DNA of 64,000 nucleotides from Raillietiella orientalis (Eukaryota): the NCBI GenBank assembly GCA_036172245.1, contig JAYWIR010000013.1, forward strand, positions 3,410,001-3,474,000, given 5' to 3'. A program made the position numbers and the translations under genes. Of this stretch, positions 12,660-25,859 are shown piece by piece. The notes under the pieces were generated by a model that saw only the letters and a program-made list of their open reading frames with translations, did not search any database and had not been told where the DNA came from. Every line of letters starts with the position of its first letter. Position 1 is the first letter of the stretch.

Positions 12660-15600
12660 TAGGAAGAACAGAAGGAGGTTCTGTTCCGCATCTTCTCGCT
12701 TCAGGACGAGATCCTCAACACCTTCATGGATGAGAAGATGCTCCTGCAAGCGGGGGATGCTCTCAACGCGGCGAAAGTCCCCGTAGTCGAGCCGGTCCAA
12801 TGGCCCTCGACCCTGCAATGAAAACAACGAGGGCTGCTCACCGGTCTTGCACAGCAGAAGGAAAGCACATGAGCGACACCAGCGACACATCGAGTCGTAG
12901 AGGGATCTGAGGAGGAGACGATCTAACGGGCGGTAGCAGACAACGTTTTCTAAACAGTAGAAAAAGAAGAAAGGCAAAAACCTCAAATAAACACCAATGG
13001 TCTCCTTCCTGTCATCAGCCAGGAGGCTGAAGATTGCCTTTTGGAAGTGCGTGCTTTTGAAACATCAGCAGCATGTGTAGCCAAGAGAAGAGAAGAAGGA
13101 TCTCGCGCACCATCGAGCGTGACCACATCCAGGGAACCCACGAGACGGAGCACCAGATGTGCCTCGAACTCGAGCAGCGACTACGCCCCTAACTGCCATC
13201 ATCCCAGACGAGAAGCAAACGAAGGAAGTAGCAATTCTCGTGGAAAACGACATCTCACCTATCTGTAGTCCTTTTCTCCTTGTCTTGGTCACATCTTCGG
13301 AGTTCGGTTATCTGGATCCGGAAACTTGCACCTGTTCTTGATGAACTCCTGCATCGAGTCAAACATCGATGTGTGGGAGCCGTGCAGACGACTCTGCTGC
13401 GCAGCTAGGCCGCGCCCAAAGACATCATCACCGTTGTGGGGGACACAAACACCTTGACACACGAACGAGCAGCATACACTTGGAGGAGGCACGTATCGGC
13501 AACTGTCCGACGAATTCAGCCTGCTCTGACAAACAGCTATCCACATTCCTATCGACCCTATCCTGTGCAGTATGGGCGTAGGAAACTGCATTCGGGGACT
13601 CCGGGACACGCAGTCTGCTCACAAATCACCCTGAAGATGGAGAACACTTAAAGGAAAAATGCTCCAAGGCAGCTCTCCATCTGCATACCCGAATGGTTCG
13701 CAACCTTTCCTGGTCACCAGCAACTCGGCGAGGCGAATTTGCATCCACGGAGTCGACGACTGACGACATGCATGTCGACGACGACGATCAGCAACATGCT
13801 ATACGACGACAAGAAGTTGAGGTTGGAAGCGTACCAGGAGTGGAGCATCCAAAACCACTCTTTCTCGAGGTATTGGGTCAGTACGCGAGGGGGTACGTCT
13901 ACCGATCGGTCAGTGGAGAAGTTGGTGTGCTGTAGAAGAAGTATCTGGAAACAGATATCTCCGGCATTCAGTAAGAAGACTAGATGTGACACACATCGGA
14001 AGGGATCGTGGAGGCCTTCCAGCATCACTACCCCTCGCACTCCCGATGTCAGAACCTATCGACGGAAGAGAAGGAGGTCTTTTTCCTCCAGTCTCTCCAA
14101 GGGAGATCTGCAAAAATGACTTTCTTCCCGGCAAAAACAACGGCTGGAAGAGGGATGTTGCATGGACGAAGTGAAGAGAGCTCTCGCGGGACTTCGCATG
14201 GATGTGGTTGCAGACCCTGACAGTGTTTTTGCCTCTCACTATCAGAGTCTACCTGCGCCGTTTCCACGCGTTCACGCTTCTGATCCAAAAAGAACGGAAG
14301 CTGTCGGAATCCCTTCGGGATGCGAGAAGGGAGGCGATCAGTCGAAGATCACTCAATGGTGGCTAAGCTCCATCCTGAACACAGTCGCCAGGAGTCTGGC
14401 CAACCGCTCAAGTGCAAGGCCGCAAGCGACGATCTTTCTAGTGAAGACCCGAGCGGTGTCCGGACGCCATATATCTGACAACGTGAAATGTGCCCGGGCA
14501 ACCACGGGTTACAGCCGATATGCAAGCAAAAACCTGGTGTTGGGCTTCACAGATATGGAAAAGGCCTTCGACAGTGTGGACCATGGAACACGGCTGAAGT
14601 ACTGCGGAAGCTGAGCTACCCAGAATACTTCAGCAACTACATCGCCACGACATCACAAGAGCAGCACTGCAAGATCTGTCAATGGACGAGACAGACGCGA
14701 TCCGGATGAAAAGCGTAATCCCCAAGTCCGACGCTGTTTGTGATTCACATGGAGGCTGTGTCGTCCCTGGTCGACAGAGGCGGCCACCAGCAAGGAATCA
14801 CCTTAGAAGACGAAACACTCACTCACCTGGCGGACGATCTTCCATTTCCCTAAAGAACGAGAGGAATCAACATACGTTTCCAGGTGTATTTGAGTCCATG
14901 GAAAAAGGACTAGTTTTGAAAATTAACGTCTTGAAGTCACAGCTGATGTCTATCGGAATCCTGGACCTCTCCGTGTTAACGGAGAAGGGATTCCAAGTGG
15001 TGCATGAACTGAAAAACTTAGTAATCCACATTAGAGATGCGTCCTCTCTGCATATCCAGTGGAAGGAAATCTTAGGAAAAGCCAGAGAGGAAGCCACAAA
15101 GTACGTCCGAGTCGACTTCAATATGAAGCAGAGGGCAAACTTGTGGAACGGGGAGGTGTTCTTCGGGACTGCTTTCTGCCAAAGAGACAAGAAGACGAGG
15201 ATGGAAGTGGAACGGCTCTAGAGGAAGATTTCCTGGAGGCAATAACATGCCGTGGCTTGAAACTTTTATGCCGTCTGAGAAAGAAAGGTGGAACCGGGAT
15301 GAATTCTCTGCAGCAATCCGTAGACAGCATGGATACGCGACAAATCCTGGATGTCATCAACTACTGGAACCACTGGCCTTGTGCGACTCACAGAGCCTTC
15401 TCCAAGCTGGTCAGTAACTAGAGAGGTCTTATGCCAGCTCTAATAGGCAAACATGGAATGTGGGGGAACATCGACCCCACGTGGAAAAGGAAACAGGCAC
15501 TGGAGATGACTCCGCATTTCAAGATCATGTCTCTAAGTAAGGAATTGTGTCAGGAAGAACTGGCAACGATGATTCCTTATTTCATCAGAGTCCCTCGGGA

Positions 15601-16512
15601 GACCTAGAAATGAACGATGCAAAACCAGAAATGACTATACAGTTCGCCACGAGTGGCAATCGCATAAAATGTGACTGCATCGCTGTATCACGGAACGGAT
15701 GGGAGGATGCAATCACAGGACCCGCGAGCTCTGGAAATATCATGCAACCAATTCGTGGTGCCTGATCACTAGAGCTAGGTAGCGAGGTGCGAGGAAATGA
15801 AGGGTAAACAGAAATAAGATGACTCACTTGACAAGGCTGCCAATCGCTACGGGATTCAGAACGTGCAATGAAATGATTGGTTGGCCGAAAGATATGGAGG
15901 AGAGACATTCCGCCCGACACTCAGGATGACCTTCGTAAGGAACCCTGAGTGGCTTCGGACTGAAATACTAGACAGGCAACATCCAAGACGAGCTCTGCAA
16001 GGTATGTATAATCAAGGAAACCCCGGCTTCACGTTCTCACCCGCCCTATGCGGCGCCAGGATTGGACAATGCTGGAGGTGACCGGTCTGCAGACGAGCAC
16101 AAAGATGATGATCTTGGCCAGACTGTTTGAAGAGAACGAGAACGTTCACAAATGCAATCCCATGGCCCACACTACCATCGTCCTCTTCATCACAAGCATT
16201 GTGATAAGAAGGGCAAAGATGCGGAATACCCACCCACCAGTGCCAGCTACGATCATTCTCCAAGGAATATTACAGAGCGAAACAAGCATCAGGAGTGCAC
16301 CGTGAACACACCGCCATTTCTTGAAGATGGAGGATGTAGCTCTTGCGAGTGGAATGTTCACCAGACCCTAGTGATCCCTCCCAGAGAAAGAATCCCGAAC
16401 GTGAAGGAAGAAAATGACACTCAGCGTTTGGAACTTTATCTTGCAGAAACATTCACCAAGGTGGCTGCAAAAATGTGTAAATAGTGAATTTGTACGAGGA
16501 TCGTAAAATAAA
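12660..16512 (+). mobile_element. Degenerate L1/Tx1-like non-LTR retrotransposon (APE endonuclease + reverse transcriptase)
   Basis: Colinear motifs across frames: KEVAILVENDI (~13220) and DIITVVGDTN (~13421) for APE; DEVKRALAGLRMDVVADPDSV, ITQWWLSSILNTVARSLANR, VSGRHISDNV, GFTDMEKAFDSVDH (14162-14590), THLADDL (~14820), LKINVLKSQLM and QVVHELKNLVIHI for RT. Cys-containing C-terminal region near 16050 and AATAAA at 16507. A coding-like segment at 12663-12820 may be an ORF1 remnant. Confidence 0.8.
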
Positions 16513-18486
16513 TTCACTCCATCGCTGGTTGGAGTGCATAACCTTTCGGTGGATTGACAGATCCTATCGAGTTAACATGAATCGGCTACGTGTTAGAATA
16601 CCTAGAAATCACAATGGAGGCCGGGACGAAAGCAGGGCAGGTGAACTTTTCGTGATGAGCACAATATGGAAAATGGGATCGGACTTTACACGGTGGAACA
16701 ACTAAAAAGGCAACTAGGCATGGAAGGCTATTGCGTATCCGAGCTGGCAACTGTTTCTGGACTGTAATCGGCAAAAAGTTTTTTCTCTGACTGACAGTCA
16801 CGTCATGCTCGATATGTAGGCATTTCATAAAATCCATGATGACGATACTGATCAATGTTTTGCTTGTTTTGCTTTGCAGTCAAAGCATATGTCTTGAAGA
16901 ATTTGTTATTTTCCGAAGAAACTCAAGTAAGATTCCCGGATTCAATTCCAAATACATTCATGTTTCTAGAGTTCATTGGTTGACAATCCTGTTTTTGACA
17001 TCTCCTCCTTAGCTGCCAGTACGAGCATAACAACAGGTTGAATAGCGAAAGACAACAAACTGACGCTGGTAAAATGTACTGATAGCAGCCCTGTAGCAAG
17101 ATCTGGCGTATACGCTTTCTGGGGGTAAAAGATTCGTAGCAATTTCTTCATTTATGCAGTATCGCACTGAATGATTCGATTATGAATTCTATGAAAACAT
17201 TTCATGAAAGTCCACTCGATTTTCTGAGTAATGATGCACTTCCTTTTTTCCCTCAATGTGCTCTCCCCATCGATTCTAATTTGCGGAGATTCTCAAAATG
17301 TTGTCCATACAGGTAAACTGTTCTCATTTTCGTAAAATAACTCGACCTGGAGTCCGAATGCAATCCGAGTTTCGGTCCAGAGTCCTCTTAGCATTCTGAT
17401 TTCCATCTTTCGAGAGTCCTCGGTGGATATGCACAATGGTTCGCAAATTGTGGATTACAGGACATGCCTTTTCCACTATTTCTTTTCTATAACATTTGAA
17501 TACATCCTCAGATGATTTCGTTTCCCCTAGGATTTCCTGGTTCTCTTTGAAAAACCTGATATCCAGTATGAAAGCAGCTTTTGTGAGTTTTGACACAAAA
17601 CGAAGAAGGTAGAGTTCACCGTGTGACCCGTTTCTTACTTTTGGTTCTTTCTGCTCTTGAAAGGTTTCCTTTTGGAAGACGGTGCTCCGTTTGAGCTGCC
17701 ATGAAATCAGTCTGATTTGATTTCGAAAATGCTTGCTTGCGAATCCTCATGCCCAGGGGAACTGGAAACCGGGCCCCTACCTTCCAGATCGTCCCCTGAA
17801 GACATGCATTCTGGTGACCACGGAGGACTGCATTTAAATAAACGCTCCATTTAGATGTTTAGCTGATCAACAAGCAGGTTGTAATATATGTGGTTATCAG
17901 TACATACGCACGCGTCTCGGAATGTGCTAATATGTAATGACCCCTCTTTTTTCCCTTTTTTTTTTTGTGCTTTTTTCACCTTAATGTGCAAACTCATTGG
18001 CACCCATAAGGTGTGAGAATCTGCAAGTGTTTTCGGTCCTCCGGCCCAAGCAGAGAACATTGAATTGTAAGCCAACCCTACAATTCGATTTCCCTTTTGT
18101 GATGATATTACTGAATTTTCACTTCGTTTTCCTTTTTCTGTGTGTTTTCTCGGCCGCTGCTGCATGACGGTGATATGCAAGCAGCACGTTTGTTGAGTGG
18201 CCCTTGCAAAATTGTCAGATACGTTCGGAATCACTAACGTAAAGCATACAGAACGTGAATTTTCGATCGGTTTTTATTTTATTTTTTTTTCAATCTCATG
18301 TATGATTTCGTTTTTCAGCATGGTTGAATGAAAAGAAATCCTCCCCCACGAAAAGTGTTTGCAAAACATACCGAACACGTTTGTGTGAAAAAAGGGGAGT
18401 TGTAAACTATGTTTAAATTGGCTTAAAGTTTCATATATTTAATGTTTAATAAATTCCTTACAAGGGTAGAGTTCGTCTAGGTGATA

Positions 18487-21400
18487 ATGGAAGTAGAAGT
18501 TACCATCAAAAATGGTATCAAAAATATCGAGGAGTTCCTGAAAATTCTTGGGTAAGTTTAGAGAGCAGGATAACCAAACGGGAATGGTATCCATTCAAAT
18601 ACGGAAGGAATAATCTTAGAAATTAATTTAATTAATGTGAATCTTTGAAGTTCTCCAAAAATTCATGTTTGTTGTGGTAAAAAGAGCAATTTCGAAAGTT
18701 GTTTTCAAATGTTTTCACAAACCCTCGCCTTAAGATGCATATGCCATGTTTCCCTCCCCAAAGTGCTTCTCAGGTCCTGTAAAGTATTTAGGATAACTAA
18801 TCTTAACGTATGCACAAACATATTGAAGTTAACAATACGACATTCTACTATTGTAGTAGATTTTCCCAGCCATTGCTTTTTCCTTTGAAGGATTGTCAGA
18901 TGATGTTTTCTATCATCCTATGGTGGTATCCATTCATTGAGCATTGTTATTTTAAATCACATACGTTTGCACTGAGGTGCAAATCTGAAACATCCCATCT
19001 AATGAACTTGCTTCCTTTGAAAGTTGTATTCATTATGTTCTTTCTAGAGTGTGTCAGTTCAAGCTACCTTTCATATGAAATCTGGATTCAGTTTCTGTTT
19101 AATTTCTTATATTAACTACATGTGAAGTTTCTATAAAACAAATTCATGCAAAATAAAAACTTGGGCTCCAGTTTAAAAGATTTTTTCCATGCATAAACTA
19201 TTATTGAAGGTGTCAGCTCAATTTCTCTGTACATACTTTAAGTTAGGGATTTGAACCTTTTGTTTCTTTTCTACTGAATGATTATAGCTTCATCCCTATA
19301 CAAATTGATATGCTACTTAGAATTGAAAGTGCATGTCAGTGCAACTGAATATGATACTTTTATTGCAGGTACTCCGATTTGTTTTCAAATGTGATTGTTG
19401 AAGCTAGGCAAGACAGTTCAATTTCTCCGAATTATGCCAACATGATATCAGCAATTAGCAAGGAATTATCTGAGATATCCAAACTTGATGATTTTATCAA
19501 TCCAATGGAAAATTCTGGTGATGCCTCACATTTTCTGATAGAAGTATCGTCATTTTTGAGAGAAATTGGTGAGGTTGATATATTAATATGTTTATTGCAC
19601 TTTGTGAATTATGAAATACTGTTTATCTAGAATCTGAGCATAGTGTGTGAAAGTGAATGTTATATTTTAAATGAATTCTGGAGTGTTTAATAGTTTTATT
19701 TTATGCTTTTGAAAATATGAAAACACTACTCTTATGTGCAAAGAAGGGCAGAAAGTAGTTCCTGTGTAAAGAAGCATTGTTTAGTCATGATCTGTTTTGA
19801 ACTCAATGAGTCATAGACATGAAAATTTTCTTGATATGTTGGATATTGGTAGTTGCAGAGCTTATCAACAAAGTGTGTTTGCACATCAAAAACAGTTGAA
19901 GAATTTGATTTGGATCAGCACATGATTTGTGTGGGCATTTCAACTTTGTGTGTTTTCCTTGGTTACATACCTTTTAGGCATAAGAAAGTTAATTGCTGAA
20001 CCAGCAAATGGATGTACATTCAGTGTAGAAAAAGTTTATGTGGATTAACCAAGCATATCATGTTTAAATACTCAGTAATGCAAAACAAAAGAACCATTAT
20101 GCAAGAATCGGCAATCAAGAACAAATGAAGGCTTGAAACCAATGGAAGGAGTCTTTTTTTTTCTTTCTCTCTTTTGAACTAATCTCTTTTGAGATTAGTT
20201 CTGAATGGAAAACTAGGCACATGAAAAAAAAAAATCAGTTAGAAGATTATTTACTGATCTGAACTAACCTGGAACATGAAGAAACTTTGGAAATGGGCTC
20301 ATGTTTGTCAAAATATTCAAAGAGAGAGTGCTGATGTAGCAATCAACTTAATTTTGCAGATGCAAAAGAAAGCTTCATAAACTTAAATGATGTGGACCAA
20401 AGCAAAATGGAGAAATTCATCAACCATTAATAGTTTCATTGGTTGTATTGAAGGAAACATATTGAATTTTATCCCATAATTTCCGCCCAGCTTTCAAATT
20501 TTTAAAACTAATAATGATTAAGTTCGTAAATGTACATCAATCTCAGCATTCCGGTTCACATTCCCATGGTCCATAATAGCATTCATCTTGTTAAATTTCA
20601 CTTCTTACCCTCCTCCACATCAGATTACCAACTCATACCTTCAACAAACCTAATTTTTTAATTCCCAACATTATCGTTTTGGGTCTTCATCACATTCATT
20701 CCTCTATTACTTTTACTGTCATACACCTATCCAACATTCATTTCCAGCTGATTAAAGATTTTGTGTTGCTTATATCCCATTTGATCAGCACTCCAGCATG
20801 CTAAAGAGTTTAAGCCTTAATAATCCAGCTATTTAGCTTTCTCCATTTTTTTGCCTACAAGTTACTTCGATCATGTTTTTTAGGTTCAGATTCTAGCTTT
20901 AATACTCTAGATTATCTCGTACGAAGTTATAGGCCGAGTGAACTGTTGGAATTTTTTAATTCAGATGGTTCACGTGCACCTTACATCAATCTTGTTCATT
21001 TCATGCAGCAATGACTTATACTAGAAACCTATTTAAACTTTGACATTCAAAGAGTCAAGTATGTCCATATTGACAAAAAAAGATTGCAATAAAAATTTAA
21101 TTAAATTAATTAGAGAGCGAAATTTTTCTTTAATGGGATTTACGCAGATATTTTGTCAAATCTTGTGTGTAAAATTTATGCTTCATTGGTGATCAATGAC
21201 TCATGAGAGAGTAAAATGTATAGTCCATGGTATAAAATTCATGTTAGTTTTTGGTTTTTGTCTGACGTTGTTTGCGTTTTAAAAATAATAATGATTATGA
21301 GCAATTAATAATGTTGATTGTTGCTTTTCATGTTTTTCTTAGTGCTGTATTGCATTTTTAGAGTGCCCTTATGATGCTCTTACTGAAGGTCCATTGAATT

Positions 21401-24316
21401 CAAGGTTAAGCACTCCTGAGCAGAGATTGCTTTTAGCTGAATTTTTGTTGAGTGAACTTGCTGCTGCACGTCTGATAGATTTAAATAAACCCACAGAATC
21501 CAATCAGCTAGCTGTAGTTGGTATTTTTATAATATTTGCACTTATACATAAGATTTCTGTTCTTTGTAATGATACTTGAAATTGATGTATGCTTGAGTGA
21601 TTAACATATGTCTCTTTGATGTTTTAGTCAGAAAGTCATGTTTCTGTTGGTATGAATACCATAATCTCTGTGCTGGGACTAGATCCATCATGTAAGAATT
21701 TAGCTATAGATGAACTTATGAAAACCATTATAGCTAAGGTAAATAAATATTTTGTGTTCAAATGTTTGAATATCTTAACTTCAAGATCTTTGTTGATTGC
21801 CTGTTGCTATGTAATTAAATTTCACTGAAAGTATTTACCTACAAACAGTTGCAGTAATAAGTTATTTTTCTAAGAAATAAGTTTTAGCAGTTTTCAGGAA
21901 ATCCAGAATTGTGTCACAGTATAGTTCGCATTTTTATATTCAGCATTATTTTATTTGCGATATCAATTTGAATGCTTTGGAAAATGGAGAGATACCAATG
22001 AAATACATGCCATTACTTTTGCATTCACTATGTACTTTTCAGTTAAATCAAGTTCTGCTTCATACACCAATGGAAATATTGAGCCGCCCTCTGTTTAAAG
22101 AAAACTTGCAAGATGATCAGTGGATAATCCTGGAAGAGAAATTATATAAACAGATGGATCATGAATATGAGCTAAGAAGAAAAGTGTTGTTGAAGAGATT
22201 AGATGTTACTGTAGAATCTTTTAAGGTTGGTGCCAACAAATGCTGGGAAATGTAACTATAGAAATGATAGCTAAATTATGTCAGTAGAGGTGCTTGGATA
22301 TGTATGTTTCAAAATTTGAATAGGCTTTTCCACACCACTCAGTATTTCCTGCTAAATTGCACTGTCGTGTTGGTGACAGTTTGCTTCCTTTTTTTTTCTT
22401 TTTTTTTTTAACAAGCCCTGATTTTTTGATGCCTGTTGTCAGCTGTGTAATGAACTATGTGATTTTTCTCCTCGTACTTAATTTTCCCCCCTGATTTTCA
22501 GTTGTGGTTAAACACAATTGCTTAAATTACAATTGTATTCATAAGTATTAGTGAACTATTAATATGCAAGAAATTTTCCAAGTAAACATTGTATGTGTTC
22601 GTCTATAAGTGCTAATGCAAATTGAATGCTTGATAAGCAAGGATTCAAAAGAATTAAAAACTAGGAATGGTTGGGTAAATTGTGGATAAGCTATTCTCAT
22701 TGGCCACATAGTAGAAGAACAACCGAGTAGTTATTCACGAACCAGGGGGAGCACTGAGTTTGTCGTGAAGATATTTTATATGCATTTGGTACTTACTCGT
22801 AATAAAGCAATTCAAACTATGAATGGCATTTAATAAGAAGTATAATATCAGCAAGTATTTTCAAATTTGATATCTATTTTGGTTGAAACAAGTGCTGCCC
22901 CTAGCTGTGAAAGATCAGATTCCATTCAAAGAATTTGAATGATTTTTTCATTTCATACAAGTAGATGAAATGGAAATAGTTGAGCAGTTGGAATTTTAAA
23001 TTCCACTTGCACCAATCTGAAGGATTATGTGTATAACTTTTAAAGCATATAACACATCCTGCAAATCAAAAAAGGTCTTGAAAGCTGATAATCGGTTTAT
23101 TGAGAATTCATCTAAATGTGTAATTTGCAACTGAAGAAGGTTGGATATGCAATTTTTTATTGCTTTTAGACAGAAATTACATTCGAGCAAAATCGATAAG
23201 GTTGGCCATTCAAGTTTCTGAATGGTGTGAATGCTTCTTTAATTGAAAAATGATTGAAATTGTTGTAAGAGTTCATCGTTTAGCGTTCCATGTATCGTAG
23301 AGGTGCATGCCAGTTTTCTGAATTTCTTCTAAAGTGCCGGTGGTCAAACAAAAACGGAAACATTTGAGTTACGTTTTCAAGAGTGAACAACAAAATTTCA
23401 AAAATGACAGTGATGAGCTCTGATTCTGTGTAGAAATGGAAAAGGGATAGGAAATGTCTGCATGATTACGCTTTTTCATAGGAGAATTTTAAAAAATATA
23501 TCAGAAGTTCTCTGCTGAAAATTACTTTGGGTTATTCACGTTAGTCATTTTATTGTTTATTGAAGGAATGGAGAAGTGTGTTCACATAATTAAATGGATT
23601 CAGTGTGCATATAATTAAGTGGACTTGGCATTTGTTTAAAAAAATTTTGAATGTTTGATTTTTGTAAATTGAAAAGTTTGATTAAAGTGATATTTTAATA
23701 AATACAGAATGGGTTCTTGAAGATTGTTCACAAGCAAATAGCGTTGCCATTGTAGTACGTGTTCTGATGGCTGAAATTGAAAATTATTTAGTGGTCCAAC
23801 CGCACAAAGGCCTTGGGAAGCACTATCGATCAGATTTATGAGGAAATGCGACCAAAACTACTCAGCACACCAAAAGTAATTTTAGCTGATTTCCTAGCTG
23901 CGAGAGAAGACTTAACGGTGATACAGAAAGTGAGTTCCTTTTCGCATCGCCCTTCTGCTGTTGTGTACAGAGTTCGAATCGGACAGGTAGGAAAAGTGTA
24001 ATGATGTTTGTACGGTATGCATGCATCACATGTACAGGTACCTGACAGAGGAGGTCGGGTAGAAGAACTCGAACCGCCACCTCCAGAAATGCCAGCTTGG
24101 AAAAAAAGAATTCCTGGTGAACAAGACAGGTCTTCAAGAGGTGGCGGTGGCAGAGGACGGGGTGGTAAAGCGAATTGGGGTCACAATGAGAGTCAACAGC
24201 GTTCTCAAGCATGGTCGGAAGCTCAGAGAATGCATGGTTGGGGTCATGGTGAGACGCCTAATTCCCGTAGTGGAATTGTATGGGATCAAAGAACTTACAG
24301 AGACCAAAGATACTGA
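18487..24316 (+). CDS. FAM98: FAM98 family protein (DUF2465) with RGG tail; 7 exons, 395 aa
   Basis: Exons 18487-18551, 19369-19568, 21362-21516, 21628-21738, 22043-22225, 23792-23986, 24038-24316; 1188 nt in frame. Motifs FLIEVSSFLREIECPY, RLLLAEFLLSELAAARL, EYELRRKVLLKRLDVTVESFKWSNR, FLAAREDL, IGQVPDRGGRVEELEPPPPEMPAWKKR and RGGGGRGRGG. Confidence 0.95.
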
Positions 24317-25840
24317 TACCTTATTTATTGGGAAAAAAAGAGTAACATATTCCTTATACAAAATATTTTGCATAATTATGTTTTAATGTTCTGTGCACAT
24401 GAAATTTAAATGTTCGAATAATACATTGCATTACTTCAATGATCTTTGTAGTTTATGATGGCACTTCATTCCATTTATATCTCAATCAGTTGTTACGATC
24501 CTAGAATTACAGTTTGGTTGTAATCGATTATGGCAGTTGCTTGCAGTGCACGAGTGCAGTTTGGCGATTTATTAGATGGCAGTACATCACCTACCGGGAA
24601 ATTGTTCTGAAACAACTCCAGAATACTATTACTACATTTTATTGTTACGTGTGATTTACAAAATTGGAAGTAATTTCCGTATTATGCGCATTCCTTTGCA
24701 GTAATATTGTAGTTGTTGGTTCATGGATTGGTATATGGTGACTGACCTGGATCGATTTGACCGAACCTGTAGCGCGCCTCCAGGCATGAATCGAAGGCAT
24801 GCCTTGGAAAGCCCCCAACTCTCAGATTGTTTTGAACTTGCTGTGCTTTATTTGATTGCATAGCGAAGATTTGTGCCTCGCCTTTCATTTTTTAAGGGAA
24901 ACCTCAAAAGTGACCCACTTTTGAGGCTTATTTAACCCCAAACGAGCTCGAGTTTGCATTGTTTTCCAAATGGGGTTGAGTTCGATTTTATCTGGAGACC
25001 CCTCCCTTCTTCGTCCGTGCAGGGTGCCGGCAAACAGCTTGAATGCACAGCAAAGGCTTTAGAACTCTGCGTTTGCTAGATCGAAGTGGTGCCGCAATGT
25101 GGGTGGTTCTGGTGGCAGGACCGTGCGGTACCCCGTGATTCCAGAGGCGTATCCATAATGTATAATCCTTTATTGCGGGATATTTATCCCGAGTGACAAC
25201 TGCGATGTAAAAGGAGCCAGAAATCCAGGTTTCCAGAGCGTGAAACTGTCTATCAGGCGAGCATACGGAACGACTGCAGGCGGCGTTTCCGCCGAGCACT
25301 GAATATACGAGCAGAACAGCCGCAGTCGTGCGGTGTGCACGTGCAGTGGTGTCGGATTGGCACGCACGGTTACGTAAATAATTTGTTAGATTGGGATTAT
25401 CTCGTCAGAGTGCAGACAGCAGGCGAGTCGGCGTTTGCGTGATACTGCGAAGATTTGACCTTCGCCTCCATTCTGGCTCCGATTTGGCTCCATCCGCAGA
25501 AAAGACGACATCACCACTTATAGAGGGGTCGGGCCTTCCTTCCCCTCCGTGCCACTTGTAGGGCTTCCCCCAAACCGACTATCCTGGACGAGCTAACATG
25601 CCCCGATTTGTAGCACTCCCCCCCTCCTTCCCCGCGCGCGCCACGTCCACATAATAAAATAGGAGGAGGTGGTCCTCCCAGAAGTTGTCGTCAGTGCTTT
25701 CCCTGGAAACAGTCGGCGCTGCATTCGGAATGTTCTGGATTCTGGCCTGCTTGTGGTGTGTGCGACTTGGCCTTTTCTGACACGGTTGCGTCGATCCCCC
25801 ATCCGCATCCGAGGCGAAATTACCAGAAAGTGGAGGACTC

Positions 25841-25859
25841 GGGGGGGGGGGGGGGGGGG
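25841..25859. repeat. G19 homopolymer
   Basis: 19 consecutive G. Confidence 0.9.

Noticed and set aside
17324..17850. Minus-strand gene divergent from FAM98
   Set aside because: The candidate splice combinations I tried run into stop codons, and no family motif was recognised.
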